A stretch of DNA of 47,442 bases from a virus (IMGVR_UViG_3300035232_000808:1-47442), one strand, 5' to 3'; counted from the stretch's first letter, positions 38,409 through 47,442 are shown. Notes: a model not told the origin generated them from the sequence alone. Made by a program: numbers and translations.

Positions 38409-39931
38409 TTATGATACTTTCCGTAATACTGTACGCTAGTTGGAAACGTATCAGTATATTTTCTTTTTTCTTGTCTATTAGAGTCAATCCAAGGTTCTAA
38501 CATTGTAGTTCTTTCTTCAAAACCTTCATACCAAAAACTAGCATTGCTATCTTTAAATGTAGTCCACGGATTTATTTTGTGACCTGCTAACATGTATATA
38601 TTAGCACCTAATGCTTCCCATGTCAACCTATCAGGAACTTCAAATACAGGACAGCCCCTAAGTTCATAAATTTGTTTTAGTAGTTCACTGTCATTAAATT
38701 CTTGCATTTGGATATCACGCCAGTATTGTGTATCGTCTCTATTAGTCATTGCATAGTGCAATGTTACAAAGTCTGCAAAATATAAAAACTGTTCTTTACA
38801 TACATGATTAAATGTTTGTGCATCAAAGTTGTTTAATTGATCTTTAGTTTCTGCAATGTTTATAAAGTTAATTAAAAATTCATGTACGCTCATTAATCCG
38901 TTTGATTCTAAAGGTTCTATAAATGCACCACTAAGTCCTATACTAACACAATTTTTAACCCACATACGTTCACTCATTCCGTTACGCATTTTAATGTGTT
39001 TAAATTCCATTTCATCTGCAACTGGACCTAAGTATTCTTTAAACTCTTTTAATGCATCTTCGTCACTAATATACTTGCTTGAATAGTTGTAACCTGTACC
39101 AATACGTTCCCATGTTGGTATTTCCCAAACCCAGCCGTAGTCTAATGCAACACTATTAGTATATAATGTTAGTTCTTTTTCTTTATTTTTGTAAGGACGA
39201 GGTGCGGCCCAAGCACTATCTGTATATGTCTTGTTATTAAAGTCAACCCAGGGTTCATTTAATGTGCCTTCCATAAGTAATCTTTTAAAGCCTGTACAAT
39301 CAAAAAACAAATCTCCCTTGATAACACCATTATCAGTAACTACTTCAGTAATAAATCCATTAGCATCAGTATTAGCATGTTTTACATCTGCTTGTATATG
39401 TGTTACACCTCTAGGTATACAATACTCATCTCTAAGAAATCCATAAAACTTATGTGTGTCAAAGTGCCAAGCGGCATCTTGTGCTAAATCCCAACCATTA
39501 GCTAATACGTGTGTAGGTACTTTATTATCTTCTAAGCAATACGCTATTGGAGATAAGTCTGTAACTAAGTCTTCAAAAGGTACATCTTTTAAATATTGAT
39601 GTGCAAACCAATCATTAACATCTAAATAACGTAAATCTAATCTGCCAAATGGATAATGAAACCCTACTCCATCTTTTTTATGGAAGTTTTCAAATCTAAT
39701 ACTAAGTTTGTTGGTAGCATTACACTTAGTCATAAAGTCTTCATCAGTAATACCTAAATAATTTTGCCATCTACGCATTAATTGTGTAGTACTTTCACCT
39801 ACACCTACAACAGGCTTCTGTGGTGACTCAACTAGTGTGATATTCTTATTAGGAAACGCTTTTATAAGAGTAGATGCCGTCATCCATCCTGCACTGCCGC
39901 CGCCAACTACTACAATGTTATCAAATTTCAT
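38405..39931 (-). CDS. Flavin-dependent halogenase 3
   Basis: Start moved to ATG 39931 (SD GGAG; MKFDNIVVVGGGSAG). ATNKLSIRF, WVWEIP, FIEPLESNG. Confidence 0.92.
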   Translation of the reverse strand: MKFDNIVVVGGGSAGWMTASTLIKAFPNKNITLVESPQKPVVGVGESTTQLMRRWQNYLGITDEDFMTKCNATNKLSIRFENFHKKDGVGFHYPFGRLDLRYLDVNDWFAHQYLKDVPFEDLVTDLSPIAYCLEDNKVPTHVLANGWDLAQDAAWHFDTHKFYGFLRDEYCIPRGVTHIQADVKHANTDANGFITEVVTDNGVIKGDLFFDCTGFKRLLMEGTLNEPWVDFNNKTYTDSAWAAPRPYKNKEKELTLYTNSVALDYGWVWEIPTWERIGTGYNYSSKYISDEDALKEFKEYLGPVADEMEFKHIKMRNGMSERMWVKNCVSIGLSGAFIEPLESNGLMSVHEFLINFINIAETKDQLNNFDAQTFNHVCKEQFLYFADFVTLHYAMTNRDDTQYWRDIQMQEFNDSELLKQIYELRGCPVFEVPDRLTWEALGANIYMLAGHKINPWTTFKDSNASFWYEGFEERTTMLEPWIDSNRQEKRKYTDTFPTSVQYYGKYHK

Positions 39932-40544
39932 CTGATTCTCCAAATACATTGCCTGAAATAGTAATTCTTTTTTCGTCACTAGTATAAAAAGGATAAACTT
40001 GATGAGTTAGTACACTTGGAAACAAGAATATAGTACCTTCAAAGGTTTTATCTACTGGTTGCGGTGCTTCTCGTAGTTCTCCAAACACATTTATGTATTG
40101 AAAACTAAACATACCTGCTCTAGGCATGTTACTATTACGCACATTTACTACACTACACTCATCTTGCATAAGATATGGTATTTTTAAAAATATAACAAAG
40201 CTAAAGTGCCCGTTATGTGTATGTGGAGGATTAAATTCTCCTTTAGACTGAAAATTAGCCCATAACTTTTGTAATTTCCATTTATTTCTGTCTAAATTGT
40301 GATTTGTATATTGTGGATCCCATTGATTTTGGTATTCAGTGCATAATTCACTAACATAGTTGTCTACAACTGGTATACATTTTGTTAATTGATACTCGTG
40401 TTCTATATTTCCTGCTAAACCAGATGCCATACTAACATCTAATGGGTTATCAGTTTCAGCTGTAATAGCATCTAGTACTTCTTGTGGTACATCTGCTTTA
40501 ACAAACCCAAAATTACTAAAATTACCAAACATTGCATTACTCAT
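39921..40544 (-). CDS. Putative Fe(II)/2OG oxygenase (HxH)
   Basis: Start moved to ATG 40544 (SD GGAGG). LAGNI, WANFQ..EFNPPHTH..SFVIF, FPS.L.HQVYPF..RITISGN. Confidence 0.82.
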   Translation of the reverse strand: MSNAMFGNFSNFGFVKADVPQEVLDAITAETDNPLDVSMASGLAGNIEHEYQLTKCIPVVDNYVSELCTEYQNQWDPQYTNHNLDRNKWKLQKLWANFQSKGEFNPPHTHNGHFSFVIFLKIPYLMQDECSVVNVRNSNMPRAGMFSFQYINVFGELREAPQPVDKTFEGTIFLFPSVLTHQVYPFYTSDEKRITISGNVFGESDEI

Positions 40545-41076
40545 TATAGTAACCTCCTTCAATATCAGCATCACTATTAAAGCTAATAATAGTTTTAGTC
40601 TTGTTTGACTTGTTAACTGGTGCTCTATGTATAACGAAACTAGGAAATGTAAGTATATCTCCTTCTTTAACGTCTACTTTAATTATTTCTTCTTGATTAT
40701 ATGGATTAATTATTTCTGTTTGCGGACAATCATCTGGCATGTCTACATAATACACATTAGTCCATTGGCAGTCTACATGTACATGCCATCCGTGTGTTCC
40801 ATTAGTAGCATATTGTTGGAACCAAATGTTTTTTACATCATATTTACTGTACCCTAGCTCTTTATATATACTATCGAGCTCAATAGTTAAGTGTGGTCGT
40901 AGTATTTCTAGCCATTGTCGCGGAACTTCTCTTTCTATATCCCAATCACAACGAGTAATATCAAGATCTTTATGGGTATCAGAATAAATTCTGTTAGCAT
41001 CTTGATTATTGATATGAAACATTATATCGTCTTTTACATTTTCGTGTTCTCTAAGACGAGTTAATACTATGGGCAT
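40537..41076 (-). CDS. Putative Fe(II)/2OG oxygenase, TIGR02466-like (HxH)
   Basis: WFQQY..HGWHVH..NVYY..EGDILTFPSFVIHRA..KTIISFN. The start is ATG 41076 or a nearby TTG (~41100), not 41187. Confidence 0.78.
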   Translation of the reverse strand: MPIVLTRLREHENVKDDIMFHINNQDANRIYSDTHKDLDITRCDWDIEREVPRQWLEILRPHLTIELDSIYKELGYSKYDVKNIWFQQYATNGTHGWHVHVDCQWTNVYYVDMPDDCPQTEIINPYNQEEIIKVDVKEGDILTFPSFVIHRAPVNKSNKTKTIISFNSDADIEGGYYNE

Positions 41077-41083
41077 ATCAAGT

Positions 41084-42589
41084 TTAAGTTTTTCTAGCAA
41101 ATCCAATGTCTCCAATAGTAATATAATCAGTTTTGTATCCTTTAAGGATAGAATCAATTGCTTCTCTATGACTAACAGCACCATCATGTAAAGTATTGAT
41201 TGCTTCTACATTTAAATTGTCAATAAATTTATCAAATTGGGGATATCTTTCATTATACATTTTTTTAAATGCAGTATGATCAAACAATTCTAGGCCGTGT
41301 AGTACTTGTATAAAGTTTATATTTTTAAACATGTTATGATGATCGTTAAAAATACTATGTGTTGGGAAGTTTGTCTCCCAATGTTTAAGATTTTCTTTAT
41401 TAAAGTCAGTTAGCACAAGTCCATCTTTAACCCAACGCCAGAATTCACTATCATCACGTTTAGTAATGTAGTGTAGTTGTATGAAGTCTATAATGTTCTC
41501 AGCAACTCTACGAAAATCTTTGTTGTAGCGTTCTGAATATGATTCTGTTTTTCTAGACCAAGTGTGTATAGTATTAATAAGGCCGAACATTTGTTGTATT
41601 GACGATCCAATACTTGATGCTTCTAGTGGCTCAACAAACATTCCAGCTAGTCCAACCGATACACAGTTTTTAATCCAATGCCTATCAACATAGCCGGCAC
41701 TAAATTTTATTTTCTTACCTATAGTAATGTCGTAATCAAACTGTGAACGTAACTCTTTCTCAGCATCTTCGTCACTAATAAACTTATCACAGTATACATA
41801 TCCGTTACCAAACCTATCTTGAGTAGGTATACGCCACATCCATCCACTTGACATTGCTTTTGAATTAGTATATTGCGGAATGTCTTCTTCACGTGGTGTT
41901 GGAAATGCTATTGCACTATTCATTGGCAATTGATCACCGCAGTCAATCCACTTAGCACCTAACTTAGTACTAATAACTCTATTGAATCCACTACAGTCTA
42001 TAAAGAAGTCTCCGGTATAAGTTTGTTTGTTACCTATTAGGTTGTCTACAAAACCTTCATCGTCTAATACAACTTCATTAATTTCGTCATCAAAGAACTG
42101 TATACCTCTTTCAACACAAAGTTTATGGAAATATGCATTTAACTTATTTGTATCAAAGTGATATTGATTAGATACTTGTGTAAAGGGCGGAGTAACTGTG
42201 TTGTCTAATACTTCTTTCCATACTGTACTATCAGAATCTGTATTATCAGCAACACACTTATATGCATACGGATACAATCCTGTTTTTTCGTCTAACGCAC
42301 CAAACTCTCTACCAATAGCATGCCAATAATGTTTACCATCGCCGTTCCAATTTTCAAAACGAATACCTAACTTGTATGTAGCACCAGTGTTAATTATTAA
42401 ATCAGCAGGATCAATGCCAACATACTTCATGAAGGTATCCCAATGTTCAGTACTACCTTCACCTACTCCAATGATTCCTATCTTAGATGACTCAATAACT
42501 TGTACAGTGGCATGTAACATACTTTCTTTTATCATAAGAGCAGATATTAATCCAGCAGTACCTCCACCAAGTATTGTAACTTTATCCAT
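41084..42589 (-). CDS. Flavin-dependent halogenase 4
   Basis: GGGTAG, GVGEGS, ATYKLGIRFENW, DCSGF, WMWRIP, FVEPLEASSI. Confidence 0.92.
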   Translation of the reverse strand: MDKVTILGGGTAGLISALMIKESMLHATVQVIESSKIGIIGVGEGSTEHWDTFMKYVGIDPADLIINTGATYKLGIRFENWNGDGKHYWHAIGREFGALDEKTGLYPYAYKCVADNTDSDSTVWKEVLDNTVTPPFTQVSNQYHFDTNKLNAYFHKLCVERGIQFFDDEINEVVLDDEGFVDNLIGNKQTYTGDFFIDCSGFNRVISTKLGAKWIDCGDQLPMNSAIAFPTPREEDIPQYTNSKAMSSGWMWRIPTQDRFGNGYVYCDKFISDEDAEKELRSQFDYDITIGKKIKFSAGYVDRHWIKNCVSVGLAGMFVEPLEASSIGSSIQQMFGLINTIHTWSRKTESYSERYNKDFRRVAENIIDFIQLHYITKRDDSEFWRWVKDGLVLTDFNKENLKHWETNFPTHSIFNDHHNMFKNINFIQVLHGLELFDHTAFKKMYNERYPQFDKFIDNLNVEAINTLHDGAVSHREAIDSILKGYKTDYITIGDIGFARKT

Positions 42590-44057
42590 TATGGTTCCTT
42601 AGAAATTTTTCTAGTCCTTGTTTATGCGGTACACGTTTCATTGACGATACTGTAATTGTATTTTGCATCAATGTATGTTCAATGTATTCTTTTAGTCCTT
42701 CGGGTGCTAAGTTATATTCTTCTTTAACGCTTTCAATGTCAATTAAACCTAACCCGTACAACGTAATTATCCAATTTTCTGCTTTAAATAATGTCCACTT
42801 AGGATCAAACTCAAAACTATATGGCAATCTGTTTTTCCATTTATTTAAATTTTGTGATAGTGTAGTTGGCAACCACTCATCTCTATTATCTTTTAAGTAT
42901 TTCCAAAATTCTGTATCTTCTCTTGGACTAACATAGTGTATTGCAATAAAGTCTAAAATATTTTGACTCATTTGATTTGTTTTTTGATTATAAATTTTAC
43001 TAGCATCACTGTTTTTAGTATCATTAGCCCACGCAGGTAATAAGTTTATAAGTAGCCATGTTTGTAATAGTCCTTGACTAATAGCAGAACTTTCTAACGG
43101 CTCTACAAAGCCACTACTAAGTCCAACAGCACAACAATTACCTATCCAGTTTTGATCAAGTGACCCTGGATCGAATTTAATTTTTTTAAATATTTTAATT
43201 GGATGCCCAAGTTTCTTTTCTACTTCAGCTTGTGCTTGATCAAAGTCTATATACTTGTCGCAGAATACATAACCGTTGCCCCATCTTCCTTGCACCGGTG
43301 TGTTCCACATCCATCCATAGTCCATACCAGTTGCTGATGTGTATACAGGATATTCATTAGTGTCTTCTGTTGGAAATGCAATGGCACTATTTGTTATCAA
43401 GTGATCTCCGTAGCTATTCCATTTAGCACCTAACTCTTTCATTAGTACTCTTGCCATACCAGAAGCATCTATAAAGAAATCAGCTTTGTGTATTTCTTTA
43501 CCGTTTATATTTTTAATTCGACCTTGCTCTACGTTTACACCAACTATCTTATCTTCTTTGATAACAATATTTCTTTCAGCACAAAGTTTTAACAAGTATT
43601 CATTTAGTAGTAGTGCGTTAAAATGAAACTGTGCGGCTTCCGGCTCAACTAAATTTTGAGTCCATGCTTCTGACACACTTGGTTTATCAAATCCTATACC
43701 TGTTACTGACAACATATCAACTTCATCAGAAATTAATTTTTGATAAAACGGAAATGACTCACCATTAGTTTCTAAGTAGTCATCAATTACACTATGATAG
43801 TAATCAGGTACACCCCAATCTTTAAAATGTATTCCAACCTTCATTGTTGCACCACAATGTCTTACAGCATCATTAACATCAATGTTTAAAAACTGACATA
43901 GTGTTTTCCAATGTTCGGTGCTACCTTCTCCGACTCCAATAATTCCTATTGAGTCACTTTTAATAACAGTAACATCAAAATTAGGAAATGCTTGTTTGAC
44001 CATTAAGGCCGATAGTAGACCGCTTGATCCACCACCTAGTACTATTACAGATTGCAT
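42582..44057 (-). CDS. Flavin-dependent halogenase 5
   Basis: GGGSSG, GVGEGS, ATMKVGIHF, WMWNTP, FVEPLESSAI. Confidence 0.9.
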   Translation of the reverse strand: MQSVIVLGGGSSGLLSALMVKQAFPNFDVTVIKSDSIGIIGVGEGSTEHWKTLCQFLNIDVNDAVRHCGATMKVGIHFKDWGVPDYYHSVIDDYLETNGESFPFYQKLISDEVDMLSVTGIGFDKPSVSEAWTQNLVEPEAAQFHFNALLLNEYLLKLCAERNIVIKEDKIVGVNVEQGRIKNINGKEIHKADFFIDASGMARVLMKELGAKWNSYGDHLITNSAIAFPTEDTNEYPVYTSATGMDYGWMWNTPVQGRWGNGYVFCDKYIDFDQAQAEVEKKLGHPIKIFKKIKFDPGSLDQNWIGNCCAVGLSSGFVEPLESSAISQGLLQTWLLINLLPAWANDTKNSDASKIYNQKTNQMSQNILDFIAIHYVSPREDTEFWKYLKDNRDEWLPTTLSQNLNKWKNRLPYSFEFDPKWTLFKAENWIITLYGLGLIDIESVKEEYNLAPEGLKEYIEHTLMQNTITVSSMKRVPHKQGLEKFLRNHNG

Positions 44058-44674
44058 TTGTTAGTTTTTCCTATAGTTATATTTGCTATTGAATCTCTTG
44101 CAAGATTTATGTTTATATTACCACTTGGTAATGTATTAAACGCTACTACCCATCTATCATAGTCTTCATGATGCGGCTCAGTTGAGTGATACATCCAACT
44201 TGGAAAAATTAATAACTTACCTGGTTGTACTGGAAAAGTTATTAATGGATCGTAGTCATGTTGAAGCACATCAATTTGTGCATGTAGTCTTTGTTGAACA
44301 GGGTCTTCAAAGTTTATAGGAGCACCTGGAGTACAATAGTACACACCACTAAACATGCTCATACTGTGTTTGTGTGGATGACTGGCTAACCCTGCATTAG
44401 ATTCTGCACAGTTACTCCAGCTACTTGATACTGATAATTGATCACAATCATATTTCTTATCTTCAACAATGTCAGCTAAACAATCGTTGATCCAATTAAA
44501 TAAATCATCAAACAACGGATCGTCATGTACATCATTTGATGATGTAATTCCATGTGCTGGATTGCGTTTACTTTTTAAACGTTCAATTAACTCAGCGTTA
44601 TCAATAGTATCATTATTAAATTCATAAAATTCTATTGGAAATACTGGTATTTTAGTAAAATTGTTCTTTGGCAT
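44045..44674 (-). CDS. Putative Fe(II)/2OG oxygenase, TIGR02466-like
   Basis: SWSN..HPHKH..FSGVYY..FEDP..LLIFPSWMYHS..RWVVAFN. Confidence 0.85.
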   Translation of the reverse strand: MPKNNFTKIPVFPIEFYEFNNDTIDNAELIERLKSKRNPAHGITSSNDVHDDPLFDDLFNWINDCLADIVEDKKYDCDQLSVSSSWSNCAESNAGLASHPHKHSMSMFSGVYYCTPGAPINFEDPVQQRLHAQIDVLQHDYDPLITFPVQPGKLLIFPSWMYHSTEPHHEDYDRWVVAFNTLPSGNININLARDSIANITIGKTNKCNL

Positions 44675-44675
44675 G

Positions 44676-44688
44676 TATATACTTATTT
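44676..44688 (-). promoter_or_regulatory. AAATAAGTATATA motif heading the - strand enzyme operon
   Basis: The reverse complement equals the 13-mer at 32700-32712; no SD before ATG 44674. Confidence 0.5.
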
Positions 44689-44716
44689 TATCTTTTCATG
44701 GTACTGCTACTAATTG

Positions 44717-44724
44717 AATAAATA
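44717..44724 (+). promoter_or_regulatory. Putative late promoter (AATAAATA)
   Basis: One-mismatch TATAAATA before SD GGAG and ATG 44743; divergent from the motif at 44676. Confidence 0.5.
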
Positions 44725-44742
44725 CTACGTCGGAGATTAAAT

Positions 44743-46197
44743 ATGAGCCAAAGCCCAATTGTAGATAGAATTAGACTTATACCTAGACCAGAGGATTTCC
44801 TAAACAGAAATATTGGTTCTAGTGGTGAGTTGTATTATAGTAAATCAGCTAAAACGTTACGTGTATACGATGGAACAATACGTAGTGGTTATGAAGTTGT
44901 AACTGAAAATAATATTAGAAGAAACGCCGCAAGTCAAGAAGTTGCTACAGTTAGATATCCTGTAACAGTAACAAGAAATGATGATGATACTGCTAACGTT
45001 TATAATTTAAATGGATCAGTACGTCCAACAATTGATTGGATAGTAGGTTACACTTATTACTTTGATCAAAGCGATCCTACTAACTTATATTTTCCAAATC
45101 CAATTGGCGGATCAATATTTAATCAACACCCTTTAGAATTTTCAGCAATAGATCCAGTTGAGCATGTTGACCATGCTGGTTCGGATCATGTAACTTATAA
45201 AACTGGTGTAATCTATATGTTAGAATACGAACCAGTAACAAGAGCACAATATATTTCCAACTTTGCAAGTAGCGATCATCGTGCAATACAAATAACAATT
45301 ACTTCAACGGCACCTGAAACATTATATTATTATTGTATCAATCATCTTGGTATGGGCAATAGTGGTACTAAGGCTTATCCAGGAAGTGGAAGCGGTGGAG
45401 GCGGCGGTGGCGATGCAGTCGGCGGAGCATCAATAGAAGTATCAGATAATGCACCAACTGCTCCTACAAGTGGCGACCTTTGGTTTCAAAGTACTACAGG
45501 TAGATTATTAGTCTACGTTGTTGATGAAGATGCAGGACAATGGGTACAACCTGCGGCTGTTACACCAGATGCACCAGACATTGTAATTGACTATGCTGAT
45601 GTTATAAACAAGCCAACATTTGCTACAGTTGCTACTACGGGTGACTATGCTGATTTAATTAACACTCCAGCAATAAACATTCCTACAACAATTACAGACT
45701 TAGGTATTACAGACGGCACTGCTGATCAAGTTCTTACAACTGATGGCGCAGGTAATTTTAGTTTTTCAGATTCAGGCGTTGACCTAACAGCATTTAGTGT
45801 GTTAGTTAATTCTGCATCAGGCGACGGTGACTTATTATATGATAATACAACTGGTCAATTTACTTATACTCCGCCTGCAGGATCAGGTGGATCATCATTT
45901 AACCAAGATCTAAATACAACAAATGCAGTTACATTTGCTACAGTAACTTCAGGAGATTTTATAACTGCTGGTACTAGTGCGCCAACAATTGATACATCAT
46001 CAACGTTAACTATTACAACTACTGATGGATTAATTGTTAATGGTACAGGTGCTTTTAGATTTCCAAGACTAACAACAAACGAAAGAAACACAGTCGCCGC
46101 ACTTGATGGTGATGTTGTATATAACACTACCGTCAATAGATTTCAGGGCAGACAGAATGGTGCTTGGATAAACTTAGATGACGGAACCGCAGGGTAA
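44743..46197 (+). CDS. Virion structural/fibre protein with a cupredoxin-like domain
   Basis: 484 aa. NQHPLEFS and LYYYCINHLGMG, a poly-Gly linker, APTxxxxGDLWF, GxxxQVLTTDGAG and C-terminal VVYNTTxxRFQG..W fibre motifs. Confidence 0.7.
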   Translation: MSQSPIVDRIRLIPRPEDFLNRNIGSSGELYYSKSAKTLRVYDGTIRSGYEVVTENNIRRNAASQEVATVRYPVTVTRNDDDTANVYNLNGSVRPTIDWIVGYTYYFDQSDPTNLYFPNPIGGSIFNQHPLEFSAIDPVEHVDHAGSDHVTYKTGVIYMLEYEPVTRAQYISNFASSDHRAIQITITSTAPETLYYYCINHLGMGNSGTKAYPGSGSGGGGGGDAVGGASIEVSDNAPTAPTSGDLWFQSTTGRLLVYVVDEDAGQWVQPAAVTPDAPDIVIDYADVINKPTFATVATTGDYADLINTPAINIPTTITDLGITDGTADQVLTTDGAGNFSFSDSGVDLTAFSVLVNSASGDGDLLYDNTTGQFTYTPPAGSGGSSFNQDLNTTNAVTFATVTSGDFITAGTSAPTIDTSSTLTITTTDGLIVNGTGAFRFPRLTTNERNTVAALDGDVVYNTTVNRFQGRQNGAWINLDDGTAG

Positions 46198-47442
46198 TGG
46201 AAAAAGAATATACAGTTATAGTTCATAACAGAGACGACTTGTCAACAATTGAAGCAGAAATTACTGCTAGTTCAGGTGCAGGTCCTATTCCTAATCGAAC
46301 AGTTAACATTGCTAATCCAAGACTTGGATCAAAAGTTCAAACACATTTTATGCTTACTGATGAAGAAGCAATAGCACTAGAAGCAGATGATAGAATACGT
46401 GCAGTTGAAATACCACCAGATCAAAGAGATGATATAGAACTAGTACTCAATGCATATCAAGATGCTAATTTTTATAGAGGTGCGCAAGGTTTAAACAATG
46501 AAGTCAACTGGGCATTGCCAAGATGTATACAAGATTTAAACTCTTTTGGAAACACACAAGATTGGAACTTTGTAAAAAACGTAGCACCTAATACAGGATT
46601 TTTTGAATACGGATTAGATGGACTAGGTGTTGATGTTGTTACACAAGATAGTGGACTACAAGTTGATCATCCTGAATTCATCCAAGACGGTGTATCAAGA
46701 GTTGAACAAATAGATTGGTATACGGCAAGTGGATTACCAGGAACACAAAGTGTAAATCATTATAGAGATTATGATGGCCACGGTACTCACTGTGCAGGTA
46801 TTGCATGTGGCAAAACATATGGTTGGGCTAAACGTGCTAAAGTATATTCACAGAAGCTAGGTGGATTAGAAGGCGCCGGCGATGACGGTGGCATTCCAAT
46901 TACTGATGCATTTGATACTATTAGATTATGGCATAATCAAAAAGGCGATACTGCAACAGGATACAAAAGGCCTACAGTTGTTAACATGAGTTGGGGATAT
47001 CAAGGTACTGCTTCCGGTAATCCAGTAAGTGGAGTTTACAGAGGATCAGCATGGAACTTTGGCGATGCTGGCTACACTACAGATAACGAAGTATGGGCTA
47101 CTAGCGGAGTTGTTCCTCCATTAGGACAGTTTAGAAGATTTACAAGCCAGGTAGCATCAGTCGATGCAGAAATAGAAGATATGGTTAGTGATGGAATAGT
47201 AGTATGTATTGCTTCAGGTAACAGTTATTACAAGTCAGACATTGCTACAGGACCAGACTTTGACAATCAAGTAACAATGTCTAATGGGACAAGATTTTAT
47301 CATCGTCCAGGGTCTCCGTATGCAGACACAGCATTGTATGTTGGTAATATAGATTCAGCTGTACAATTAGAAGTTGTTGATGACGTAACAGTATACCACG
47401 ACAGGCCAGCGGCTTCTAGTGTGAGAGGTCCAGCTGTTGATA
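46197..47442 (+). CDS. Subtilisin-like (S8) serine protease, 3'-truncated
   Basis: Not in the ORF track; translated by hand from ATG 46197 (TAATG overlap) and open to the window end. VDVVTQDSG (Asp at 46647), DGHGTHCAG (His at 46779), VVNMSWG, IASGN (oxyanion Asn at 47220). The catalytic Ser lies beyond the window. Confidence 0.9.
   Translation, partial: MEKEYTVIVHNRDDLSTIEAEITASSGAGPIPNRTVNIANPRLGSKVQTHFMLTDEEAIALEADDRIRAVEIPPDQRDDIELVLNAYQDANFYRGAQGLNNEVNWALPRCIQDLNSFGNTQDWNFVKNVAPNTGFFEYGLDGLGVDVVTQDSGLQVDHPEFIQDGVSRVEQIDWYTASGLPGTQSVNHYRDYDGHGTHCAGIACGKTYGWAKRAKVYSQKLGGLEGAGDDGGIPITDAFDTIRLWHNQKGDTATGYKRPTVVNMSWGYQGTASGNPVSGVYRGSAWNFGDAGYTTDNEVWATSGVVPPLGQFRRFTSQVASVDAEIEDMVSDGIVVCIASGNSYYKSDIATGPDFDNQVTMSNGTRFYHRPGSPYADTALYVGNIDSAVQLEVVDDVTVYHDRPAASSVRGPAVD

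Noticed and set aside
32082-44674. Fe(II)/2OG-dependent halogenases among the oxygenases
   Set aside because: Those need HxA/HxG in place of HxD/E. All copies here show HxD or HxH.
27917-44674. Bacterial secondary-metabolite cluster (e.g. pyrrolnitrin prnABCD)
   Set aside because: No prnB/C/D, NRPS/PKS, transporter or regulator, and the context and promoters are phage-like.
299-46136. Many antisense and alternate-frame ORFs of 60-250 aa (e.g. 7745..8506 -, 3287..3832 -, 27913..28356 -)
   Set aside because: They lie wholly within long genes, are shadows of biased codon usage (V/L/S/P-rich), and have no SD or recognisable motifs.
1-47442. CRISPR arrays, tRNA/rRNA genes, IS elements, integrase
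   Set aside because: No spaced direct repeats, cloverleafs or transposase/recombinase motifs were seen, and the intergenic gaps are nearly all too short.

Overview
An AT-rich (roughly 35% GC by eye), densely coding segment of a large tailed dsDNA phage. A T4-like marine or freshwater myovirus is most likely, given TATAAATA-type late promoters, strong GGAG Shine-Dalgarno sites and no host housekeeping genes. Bases 1-27.8 kb are a + strand virion fibre/baseplate-appendage module. It holds two paralogous giant beta-repeat fibre proteins, a second giant paralog family (one intact, one split into two genes), small adaptor-like proteins and three tandem Gly/His-rich fibre-tip paralogs. Bases 27.9-44.7 kb are two convergent operons with five flavin-dependent (PrnA/RebH-type) halogenases and about thirteen Fe(II)/2-oxoglutarate or JmjC-type oxygenases. 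From 44.7 kb to the end there is a structural protein with a blue-copper-like motif and a subtilisin (S8) protease that runs off the window and is missing from the ORF track. The most striking unexplained signal is six ~150-aa helical domains inside the giant virion proteins. They match phycobiliprotein helices, including the bilin-attachment motif C-x-R-D, which suggests a chromophore-carrying virion fibre beside a large halogenation/hydroxylation island. All family assignments come from motif recognition by eye; no searches were run.
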